From a virus (taxonomy: Duplodnaviria > Caudoviricetes): a stretch of 33,085 nucleotides of DNA. The notes beneath the pieces were generated by a model. The model did no database searches and was not told where the DNA came from. It saw nothing but the letters and a program-made list of their open reading frames with translations. A program made the translations under genes and the position numbers. Of this stretch, positions 1 through 7,687 are shown piece by piece. The stretch is from positions 1 to 33,085 of the IMG/VR virus record IMGVR_UViG_3300016476_000512; one strand, written 5' to 3'. Every line of letters starts with the position of its first letter. The stretch's first letter is position 1.

Positions 1-62
1 TTTCCGATGTAATACGGAGTACCGTCTTTTCGGAGGTATGCATACACGTAAAAATCATTCAT
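1..62 (-). CDS. N-terminus of a putative GIY-YIG homing endonuclease (runs off the left edge; not in the ORF track)
   Basis: The reverse complement from ATG at 62 reads MNDFYVYAYLRKDGTPYYIGK, a YVY-x10-YIG variant of the GIY-YIG motif common in free-standing phage endonucleases. A perfect TATAAATA lies 4 nt upstream on the same strand. Confidence 0.8.
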   Translation of the reverse strand, partial: MNDFYVYAYLRKDGTPYYIG

Positions 63-66
63 GCGG

Positions 67-74
67 TATTTATA
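67..74 (-). promoter_or_regulatory. T4-type late promoter box TATAAATA driving the GIY-YIG gene
   Basis: The + strand tatttata at 67-74 reads TATAAATA on the - strand, an exact match to the T4 gp55 late consensus. Confidence 0.7.
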
Positions 75-139
75 CATTGAGATAGTTATACTTCATCTAA
101 TACAACTTTTCTTATAATAATACCACTTAATAATAGCAA

Positions 140-148
140 ATAAATACT
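140..148 (+). promoter_or_regulatory. Late promoter-like box ATAAATACT for the baseplate operon
   Basis: ATAAATACT lies about 20 nt upstream of ATG 169. The same 9-mer recurs at 7663 and 23229, also just upstream of gene starts. Confidence 0.65.
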
Positions 149-168
149 AAAAAGAGCAAGAGACAATT

Positions 169-1047
169 ATGCCAATTAACTTACCTGGATCTATATCGGA
201 TGCGTTTAACTCAGTGAAATCTGGGGTAACCGATGCTTTGAGTGCAGCCGGAGATCAAAGCACTACACTTGGCAAAAGCCTAAATATTCTCGATCCTAGT
301 AATAATCGTCTCAAACTAGCTGGATTGCTTAAAGGTGGTAAAAAAACTTCCGGCGATTCAAGTAAACCTAATGTAAGTTTTGCAATTGATCAAACTGATT
401 GGCGTGTAAAAGTAAGCCTAGCATCGGCAGCTGATTACTTTTACGCAGGTAGCAATGCTGGTATTATGGCTCCGTTAAAAGATACAAACGGAGTTATTTT
501 CCCTTACACTCCACAAATTTCGGTAACACATGCTGCTCGTTACGGTTCACAAAACCTTACACATAGTAATTATACAAATTACTTCTACGAAGGTTCAGAA
601 GTTCAAGCAATTACTATCGCCGGTGAATTTACTGTGCAAACTGTCGACGAGGGGAAATATCTATTAGCATGTGTTTACTTTTTCAGGGCCGCAACAAAAA
701 TGTTCTTTGGCCAAGGCGCAAATGTCGGGCACCCACCTCCGATGGTTTTCTTAAACGGGTATGGTAGTCATTATTTCCCTAATGTTTCTTGCGTAGTAAC
801 TAGCTTCCAGCACACACTACCGCAGGATGTAGACTATATCAGTGTGCCCACAGATGGCGGAAAACAGTACTACGAAAATGATAGCAAAAGCAGTAGCAAT
901 TCAAATCTGTACACTAGAGTTCCGACTAATAGTACATTATCAGTGACTCTTCAGCCCATCTACACTAGACAAAATCAGTATAACAACTTTAACCTCAATG
1001 ACTTTGCAGCAGGAAAGTTAATTAAAGGCAAAGGAGGATACATTTAA
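169..1047 (+). CDS. Baseplate/tail-tube initiator-like protein (T4 gp48/gp54-like tube fold)
   Basis: 292 aa. The FPYTPQI...ITIAGEFT...YFFRAATK...PPPMVFLNGYG...VSCVVTSF pattern resembles tube-initiator proteins, and the gene sits directly before the LysM/gp53-like and hub genes. Confidence 0.55.
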   Translation: MPINLPGSISDAFNSVKSGVTDALSAAGDQSTTLGKSLNILDPSNNRLKLAGLLKGGKKTSGDSSKPNVSFAIDQTDWRVKVSLASAADYFYAGSNAGIMAPLKDTNGVIFPYTPQISVTHAARYGSQNLTHSNYTNYFYEGSEVQAITIAGEFTVQTVDEGKYLLACVYFFRAATKMFFGQGANVGHPPPMVFLNGYGSHYFPNVSCVVTSFQHTLPQDVDYISVPTDGGKQYYENDSKSSSNSNLYTRVPTNSTLSVTLQPIYTRQNQYNNFNLNDFAAGKLIKGKGGYI

Positions 1048-1343
1048 TGGCATATTCAAAATCTAGTCCGTACTACGGAACCAATACTTTTGGCAAGTTC
1101 CTGGATGTGTTATCCTATCGACCTGTTAGTAAGAAAGAAGACGACGTAGTATACACCATTGACAAAGTATACCAGTATCGACCAGACATGTTAGCTCATG
1201 ACTTGTACGGCGACAGCGGACTCTGGTGGGTTTTTGCAGCTAGAAATCCCAACGTCATAAAAGATCCTCTTTTTAGTTTTAAAGCTGGTGTTACAATTTA
1301 TATTCCGACTAAAGAAACATTAGTTGCCGACCTAGGAATCTAA
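1047..1343 (+). CDS. LysM-like baseplate wedge protein (T4 gp53 / P2 gpX-like)
   Basis: 98 aa with YRPDMLAHDLYGDSGLWWVFAARNP...GVTIYIP, the typical gp53/gpX motif. It has an AGGAGG RBS and a TAATG stop/start overlap. Confidence 0.85.
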   Translation: MAYSKSSPYYGTNTFGKFLDVLSYRPVSKKEDDVVYTIDKVYQYRPDMLAHDLYGDSGLWWVFAARNPNVIKDPLFSFKAGVTIYIPTKETLVADLGI

Positions 1344-1344
1344 C

Positions 1345-3942
1345 ATGGCAACCACCGCAACTGAAGCCTTACTCGGGGAACAAGATCCTTCTCTTGCAGG
1401 GGAAGCACTGTCACCTACAGAAGCTGCGGCCATAGCTTCCTCTGGCAATAGTGACGATACCAGTGACATCAGTTCATCTGCAGATACCCAGCCTGTATCA
1501 TCGGATGATAGTGCAACTTCTACACCTACAGCTACAGTAAATGTAACGCAGAATGCGTCAGCAAAAGAAGAAGTAGTTAAACCAGTTCCTAATCCGCTAC
1601 ATCAGTATGCAACCTATACATACGGCATTACGTTGTATGTACTAAGCAAGGATTCCTACAATAAACTAGGAGATAACGCGTCTGATGATAGCTGGTTACA
1701 AGGTGGTGCATTTAGTTTAATCAGTTCCGGTGGTGGCCATCACGAAAACCGCCATCCAGAGTTTAGAGACGACTTTTACTTTGACGGGTTAACGGTAAAA
1801 ACGGTAATCGGCATGAACTCTGCAACTCGAGCTAGCAACGCAATTGAGTTTAATTTTACTATTGTTGAACCTTACGGCATTACTTTACTTGACAGATTAA
1901 TGGCGGTGAGCGATGATAAGCGTGTAGGCGGCGGCAACTACTTACATCAACCGTATTTGCTAGAAGTCGATTTTTTTGGTAGCAAAGAAATTGGGACCAT
2001 GGAAACCCCAATAACAGATTTAAAGAAACGTTTCCCTATAAAAATTGTCGAAATGAAGATTCGACTAGGGGCAAAAGGTACAGAGTATTCTTGCAGAGCC
2101 ATACCGTGGAATCATATTGCATTCAATGAAAGCAATAACAGCGCACCTGCAAACTTTGAAATTAAAGCAACAACTGTTGGGGAATTTTTCTCTGCACTTG
2201 ATGTTGACGAAATGTCTGCACAAATTGCAGCAAAAGATCAAGCACGTAGCGATGCTATACTTGCAAGGGGTATAGTAGTCGACGACGATGGAAACCCGTT
2301 ACCGGGGGTGGGAAAAGTTGGACTCGGCGGAGACGAGAAGGCACTAGAGTCTGCACTATCTAGAGTAAACTCTCCTTATTCTGTTTCTAGTTATGCTGGT
2401 GCATGGAATGCATGGAATCAAAAAGTTGCAGATGACAAACATGTTAAATTTGCTAACAAGATAAAGTTTGTAATTGACAAAGAAATTGCCGACAGCCCAA
2501 TCATTGATCCGGGGAGAGTAAGCTACAGTAGATCTGACATGTCGCTTACTAACGGGAAAACCGCCGAACAAGATAAGAACGCATCAGTTAGCAGCAAAAA
2601 TCCATCCAGTGGATTTGATCCAAAGAAAATGATCTTCAGCATCTCTAGTGGTACAAGTATCATTGACACCATTAACTTGGTGTTGCGTAACAGCGATTAT
2701 ATTAAGAGTCAAGTAATTGATCCACTAAGCGATAAAGCAAACTTCAAAGAAGAAAAAACTGTTGACTATTTTAAAATTATTCCAAAAATAACACTGTTGG
2801 ACTTTGATCCATTTAGGAACGAGTACGCACGAGAAATTACATACTATATCAAGAAGTACACATACTTTAACACCAAGCATCCAAACTTACCTAAGAGCAA
2901 AGTAAATGGTGCAGTAAAAGAATACAATTATTTGTACACCGGTAAGAACATTGATATCATCGATGTACAAATAGACTTTGATACAGCATTTTACACAGCA
3001 AAGATTGTAAACAGAAACAATGCGGAAGCTACAAGTGCAGCTCCGCTAGCCAGTGATGGATCTGAAACGGTACCCGATACCGCACAAAAGCCAGCGGGTG
3101 CAGGTACAATATCTCCGTCGACCCAAATCCCAGTCAACGGAGACGTATCGGCGCAAAGCACTGGCGCTGATACAGCTAAAACAGCATTAGTTGCTAACGT
3201 AATGAAAAGCATATACAGTTCAAGTCGTGGGGATATGCTGAACGTTAAACTAAAGATCATTGGTGATCCGCATTTTATAAAACAAGATGATGTGTACGTT
3301 TCCCCCGGCGATAACTTAAACAACTCAGCTGGGTTAATGCTCAATAACGGAACATTAAAACTAGACCGTGGCGAAATTTTCTGCGTTTTAAATTTTAAGT
3401 CTCCGGTTGACATGAATGATAGTAACGGGTTAGCAAAATTCGATAAAAAGTACCAGGAAAGTAAATTTAGTGGATACTATAAAGTACTGACAGTCGACAA
3501 CGAATTCAAAGGCGGCCAATTTGTTCAAACACTAGACTTAGTTAGGATTTTTGACAACGTTCCCACAGTTGGGGACTCTCTGTCAACATCTGCAGAAACG
3601 AATCGAGATCAAACTAATGCAGCCGCAGTAAACACTGATGTAAAAGATGTTGCAGCTAGAAACTCTCAGTCTGTTGGGTACAGCGACACAACCGCAGACC
3701 CTTCACAAGCTGACAGCACAGTAGCAGTAGAAACTACTGTTACTAAACCAGATGAAGCTCTGCCGTCTACAGTTGCAGATTTTGATGTTTCAGATCAAGA
3801 CTCGGCAGATGCACAGTTGATTGCAGCTGAAAGTGAAAACGTTGCAATCGCAGACAACCTAGCAGACGCCGGGACTACAGATATATCAACACTAATAGAG
3901 CAAGACTGGACTAGTCCTGAACCACAAAATCCACTAGGCTAA
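1345..3942 (+). CDS. Baseplate hub protein (T4 gp27 / Mu gp44-like) with acidic low-complexity termini
   Basis: 865 aa, between the gp53-like and gp5-like genes. The C-terminal LKIIGDP...FSGYYKVLTVDNEFKGGQFVQTLDL motif is typical of hub proteins. Confidence 0.7.
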   Translation: MATTATEALLGEQDPSLAGEALSPTEAAAIASSGNSDDTSDISSSADTQPVSSDDSATSTPTATVNVTQNASAKEEVVKPVPNPLHQYATYTYGITLYVLSKDSYNKLGDNASDDSWLQGGAFSLISSGGGHHENRHPEFRDDFYFDGLTVKTVIGMNSATRASNAIEFNFTIVEPYGITLLDRLMAVSDDKRVGGGNYLHQPYLLEVDFFGSKEIGTMETPITDLKKRFPIKIVEMKIRLGAKGTEYSCRAIPWNHIAFNESNNSAPANFEIKATTVGEFFSALDVDEMSAQIAAKDQARSDAILARGIVVDDDGNPLPGVGKVGLGGDEKALESALSRVNSPYSVSSYAGAWNAWNQKVADDKHVKFANKIKFVIDKEIADSPIIDPGRVSYSRSDMSLTNGKTAEQDKNASVSSKNPSSGFDPKKMIFSISSGTSIIDTINLVLRNSDYIKSQVIDPLSDKANFKEEKTVDYFKIIPKITLLDFDPFRNEYAREITYYIKKYTYFNTKHPNLPKSKVNGAVKEYNYLYTGKNIDIIDVQIDFDTAFYTAKIVNRNNAEATSAAPLASDGSETVPDTAQKPAGAGTISPSTQIPVNGDVSAQSTGADTAKTALVANVMKSIYSSSRGDMLNVKLKIIGDPHFIKQDDVYVSPGDNLNNSAGLMLNNGTLKLDRGEIFCVLNFKSPVDMNDSNGLAKFDKKYQESKFSGYYKVLTVDNEFKGGQFVQTLDLVRIFDNVPTVGDSLSTSAETNRDQTNAAAVNTDVKDVAARNSQSVGYSDTTADPSQADSTVAVETTVTKPDEALPSTVADFDVSDQDSADAQLIAAESENVAIADNLADAGTTDISTLIEQDWTSPEPQNPLG

Positions 3943-3955
3943 TAACGGAACAAAC

Positions 3956-6900
3956 ATGACTACTGATCGCAGATTAAATCGAAAATTACCAGAACGTGTA
4001 AGGCGTGAAGATACGCCGGGTATACGTATTGACTCTGGGCCGTTTATTGGTATTATTAAAAACAATATTGACCCCACTCGCGCCGGTCGTTTACAGGTAT
4101 GGATACCCGACCTTGGCGGGGACGAAGATAATCCGCAGAACTGGCGTACAGTAAACTACGCAAGTCCTTTCTACGGAACTACTTACCAACCCAACACCAG
4201 CAAGAACAACAAGTACGACGAAGTACAGCACAGTTATGGGATGTGGGCTGTAATTCCAGATATTGGGAACCAAGTTATTTGTACATTTATTGCAGGTGAT
4301 CCCAACAGGGGATACTGGTTTGCTTGTATTAACCCTAACTTAAGTCATCACATGGTTCCTGCACTGGGATCAACTAAGACCTTAGATACAAACAACATTG
4401 ACCCTGCACTTAAGTCGAAGTTTGATACAAATAGCAGTGTTTGGCCAGCAGCAGAATTTAACGAGAACATACCTGACAACATTAAACCTGGGTGGATAAA
4501 CAACCCTAAGCCACCGCACGAATTCCAGGCAAATGTACTGATTAATCAAGGCTTAGATAGAGATGGTGTTCGAGGAGCAATCGGCAGCAGTGCTCAGCGA
4601 GAAAGCCCTAGTAACGTTTTTGGTATTAGTACACCGGGTAGGCCGCTAAACGATCCAATGGACAATCCTCAATTCGAGGCAAAATTAAAAGCCGGTACAT
4701 TAACTGAAGCTGATTATGCTGTGCGCGGTCGCAAAGGCGGACACACTTTTGTAATGGACGACGGTGAGCAAATGGGGGCTAACCAACTTGTACGTTTAAG
4801 AACTGCCGGTGGCCACCAAATACTAATGAATGACTCAGATCGTATAGTTTATATTGCCAACAGCGACGGAAGTGTTTGGTTAGAATTCACAGGTGGCGGC
4901 CACATAAATCTTTACAGTGCAGCTGGTATAAATGTACGAACAGAAGGCGAATTCAATGTACACGCAGACAAAGATATCAACATCAATAGTGGCGGAAGCA
5001 TAAAGCTAAAATCGGAAAATGTAATTGCTAACCAGACTAAAGATTTTTATATTAAGTCCAGTACAAGCACTAGTATTCACACTGGAAAGTTTGGCGCTCT
5101 GGTCGACGGGTCTCTAACTTTACAAAGTGCATCGGGCGGTTGGAACAGCAGCGGCAAGTTAGTGCTCAAGGGTAGTAAGATTCTCCTTAATACAGAAACA
5201 CCCCCCGAAGTTCCAAAAGTCGGTGACTTAAAAACTTACAAACAAGCTGATACTGGCTGGGACAGTACAAAAGGTCTATGGGTAAGCAAAAGCGATGTAT
5301 ATGAAACTATCGCAACTATATCACCGGCACATGAACCGTGGCCTAGAACAGCAGGCAGAGGAGTTGCAGCGGTAAAGAGTCAGTTCTCGGATGCACCAAA
5401 AGTTGAAAAGCAAAGCAGCGTTTGTGAAGCACCTGGCGGAGTGACTGCAATCAAGCCCGGTATTTTACCTACAGGAACCACAGGTGAAGAACTTATTGTT
5501 AGCGCACTACAACAAGCTGGAAAAACAGATCCAATTACAGTAGCGGCTATTTTGGCACAGTGTGCTCACGAAAGTGGAAACTTCACTAAGTTAGTTGAAA
5601 ACTTAAATTACTCAGCTGAGGGGCTTAATCGAACATTTAGAAAATACTTCCCTACTCTTGAATCGGCTGCACCTTATGCTAGAAACCCTGAGAAAATTGC
5701 TAATAAAGTCTACGGGGGAAGAATGGGCAACGGTCCCGAAACCTCAGGCGACGGGTGGAAATTCATTGGCAGAGGGTATATCGGGTTAACAGGAAGGGAA
5801 CTATACACCAAGGCTTCTAGTAAAATTGGTGTGGATTTAGTAAACAATCCCGAACAAGCGTCTGATCCTAAAATAGCTGCAAGATTAGTTGTATACTTCT
5901 TCTTTGAAAACGACGGAAGATTTAATACAGTTAACTGGGATGATGTTGACCGTATATCCTATCTGGTAAATGGTGGAGACAACGGACTTGCTGATCGAAG
6001 AGAAAAGTATAAAGCATACAAAGCAAAATATGCTAGCGGTAATGTGGTTACTACCGGAACTGGTGGCGTGGTTGTTGACGGCAGTGGAAGACCGATTACT
6101 ACCGGCAGCGGAGCACTAGATCCAGGACCTGAATCTGCAAAAGGTAAAGCGGTAGTTAAGCCAGCACCGGGGGAGAAAATGGGTGCAGCCGATGCCCCTC
6201 GTCCGGCACCAATTGCATCAACTGAGTCAAAGATTCCTGGCTTAATTGCAACACAAGTAAAAGCACTAATGATACAAATTGGATATGCAGAAAGCGATCT
6301 AAATTATTCTGCCCAAGATGTCACATTAGGAAGAATTGGTCGTTATAAAATCAACGGAAACTTATTGCGTGATTATGGATATATAAAATCTGACTACCTA
6401 TCGAAGTATGGCACAGCCGCAATTTTTAGGGACGACAGCTGGACAGGTAAAGATGGCATAACCGGTCCTTCAGACTTTACGTCTGGTAAAGGAATACAAG
6501 ACAGCTTAATGGAGACAGTAATCAACGATTATTACAAGGCTCTAGTAAGAAACCGCGGTATTCAAATACAAGATGATGTTTGTACTGTTGCAGGCATGAT
6601 ATCTGTTGCATACTTCCTAAGAGACTCGGAAAGAGGATTCTTATCGGGTAACCCGCCCGACCAGGCAAAGTTTTGGAGAGAGCAGGCCAATACAATTACA
6701 AACAAGCAAAAAGAAACCTGCGACACAGCGTACAACCAAGGTCGTTATGCAATTGATGTTTTAAGTATACAAACAACTGGACCAACAACTACGCTATCGG
6801 ACGCGGTAGTAACACTGGGCCCTTCGGGTAGCGGTATAAACCCAATGGATGTAATTCAATTTACATCGGGATCTGGGGACTACGACCATTACATGCAAAT

Positions 6901-7258
6901 GCCTGCAGACTTACGTGCAAAATTTGAATCTTTGGCTAGTGAGTACAAACAGCTAACTGGTAAAAAGCTTATGTTAAGTAGCTCGTATCGCAGCGTTGAG
7001 GAGCAGACAGCACTATATCAGCGTTGGGTGTCTCTTGGAGGAAATATTCCAGGGAATCCTGTAGTGCAAGACGAAACAGGATCTAAGATCTTTATGCCAA
7101 GTAAACCTAGTGCATCGAGCCCTCACGCAAGACGACTTGCATTTGACTTGAGTAAAACAGACATTGCATTCTTAGAAAGCAAAGGGTTACTAGCAAAGTA
7201 TAACTTCTTATTCCCGTTCCCTATCAATGACCCTGTTCACATACAAACTAGAGGTTAA
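3956..7258 (+). CDS. gp5: Central spike protein (gp5/VgrG-like OB fold + beta-helix) fused to GH19 lysozyme, a second lysozyme-like domain and an M15 Zn peptidase
   Basis: N-terminal DPTRAGRLQVWIP...PDIGNQVICTF (gp5 OB fold) and GHTFVMDD...LRTAGGHQILMND spike repeats. GH19 motifs AQCAHESGNF..ENLNYS...DGWKFIGRG...VNGGDNGLADR. Lysozyme-like IGYAESDLNY...GRY. M15 motifs SSYRSVEEQ...SPH...AFD...DPVH. Confidence 0.85.
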   Translation: MTTDRRLNRKLPERVRREDTPGIRIDSGPFIGIIKNNIDPTRAGRLQVWIPDLGGDEDNPQNWRTVNYASPFYGTTYQPNTSKNNKYDEVQHSYGMWAVIPDIGNQVICTFIAGDPNRGYWFACINPNLSHHMVPALGSTKTLDTNNIDPALKSKFDTNSSVWPAAEFNENIPDNIKPGWINNPKPPHEFQANVLINQGLDRDGVRGAIGSSAQRESPSNVFGISTPGRPLNDPMDNPQFEAKLKAGTLTEADYAVRGRKGGHTFVMDDGEQMGANQLVRLRTAGGHQILMNDSDRIVYIANSDGSVWLEFTGGGHINLYSAAGINVRTEGEFNVHADKDININSGGSIKLKSENVIANQTKDFYIKSSTSTSIHTGKFGALVDGSLTLQSASGGWNSSGKLVLKGSKILLNTETPPEVPKVGDLKTYKQADTGWDSTKGLWVSKSDVYETIATISPAHEPWPRTAGRGVAAVKSQFSDAPKVEKQSSVCEAPGGVTAIKPGILPTGTTGEELIVSALQQAGKTDPITVAAILAQCAHESGNFTKLVENLNYSAEGLNRTFRKYFPTLESAAPYARNPEKIANKVYGGRMGNGPETSGDGWKFIGRGYIGLTGRELYTKASSKIGVDLVNNPEQASDPKIAARLVVYFFFENDGRFNTVNWDDVDRISYLVNGGDNGLADRREKYKAYKAKYASGNVVTTGTGGVVVDGSGRPITTGSGALDPGPESAKGKAVVKPAPGEKMGAADAPRPAPIASTESKIPGLIATQVKALMIQIGYAESDLNYSAQDVTLGRIGRYKINGNLLRDYGYIKSDYLSKYGTAAIFRDDSWTGKDGITGPSDFTSGKGIQDSLMETVINDYYKALVRNRGIQIQDDVCTVAGMISVAYFLRDSERGFLSGNPPDQAKFWREQANTITNKQKETCDTAYNQGRYAIDVLSIQTTGPTTTLSDAVVTLGPSGSGINPMDVIQFTSGSGDYDHYMQMPADLRAKFESLASEYKQLTGKKLMLSSSYRSVEEQTALYQRWVSLGGNIPGNPVVQDETGSKIFMPSKPSASSPHARRLAFDLSKTDIAFLESKGLLAKYNFLFPFPINDPVHIQTRG

Positions 7259-7266
7259 ATAATACT

Positions 7267-7641
7267 ATGACAAAATTTAGAGGATTCAACACAGTAAATC
7301 AAGTAAAGAAGTTCAGGCTCACTGATCTTGATCTTGTAAAACGAGACTTGTTAAACCATTTCCAAATCAGGAAAGGGGAAAAACTAATGAATCCTGCTTT
7401 TGGATCAATAATCTGGAACATGCTGTTCGAGCCGTTAACAGACGAAACTAAAAAAGTGATCCTTGATGATGTGACCGAGATTGTAAAGTACGACCCTCGC
7501 TTGTCAGTTGACGAAGTTATAATACAACAGCTTGACCATGGTCTGCAATTGCAGATTGGACTAACATATAACCCCACCGGTGTTAACACAATAATGAATT
7601 TAGAGTTCAATAAAGAGTCCGGTAAAGTGTCGATGTCTTAA
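7267..7641 (+). CDS. gp25: Baseplate wedge/sheath initiator, gp25-like
   Basis: 124 aa with DLVKRDLLNHFQIRKGEKLMNPAFGS...LFEP...YDPR, the GPW/gp25 signature. It lies between gp5 and gp6. Confidence 0.9.
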   Translation: MTKFRGFNTVNQVKKFRLTDLDLVKRDLLNHFQIRKGEKLMNPAFGSIIWNMLFEPLTDETKKVILDDVTEIVKYDPRLSVDEVIIQQLDHGLQLQIGLTYNPTGVNTIMNLEFNKESGKVSMS

Positions 7642-7662
7642 TAATAGCCGTTTTTGCTAGCC

Positions 7663-7671
7663 ATAAATACT
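7663..7671 (+). promoter_or_regulatory. Late promoter-like box ATAAATACT upstream of gp6
   Basis: Intergenic cATAAATACT about 16 nt before ATG 7688. Confidence 0.65.
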
Positions 7672-7687
7672 GAATATAGGTACAGAT

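Noticed and set aside
77-118. Sigma70 promoter from TTGAGA (77-82) and TATAAT (113-118)
   Set aside because: The 30-nt spacing is incompatible, and the region is AT-rich enough for chance matches.
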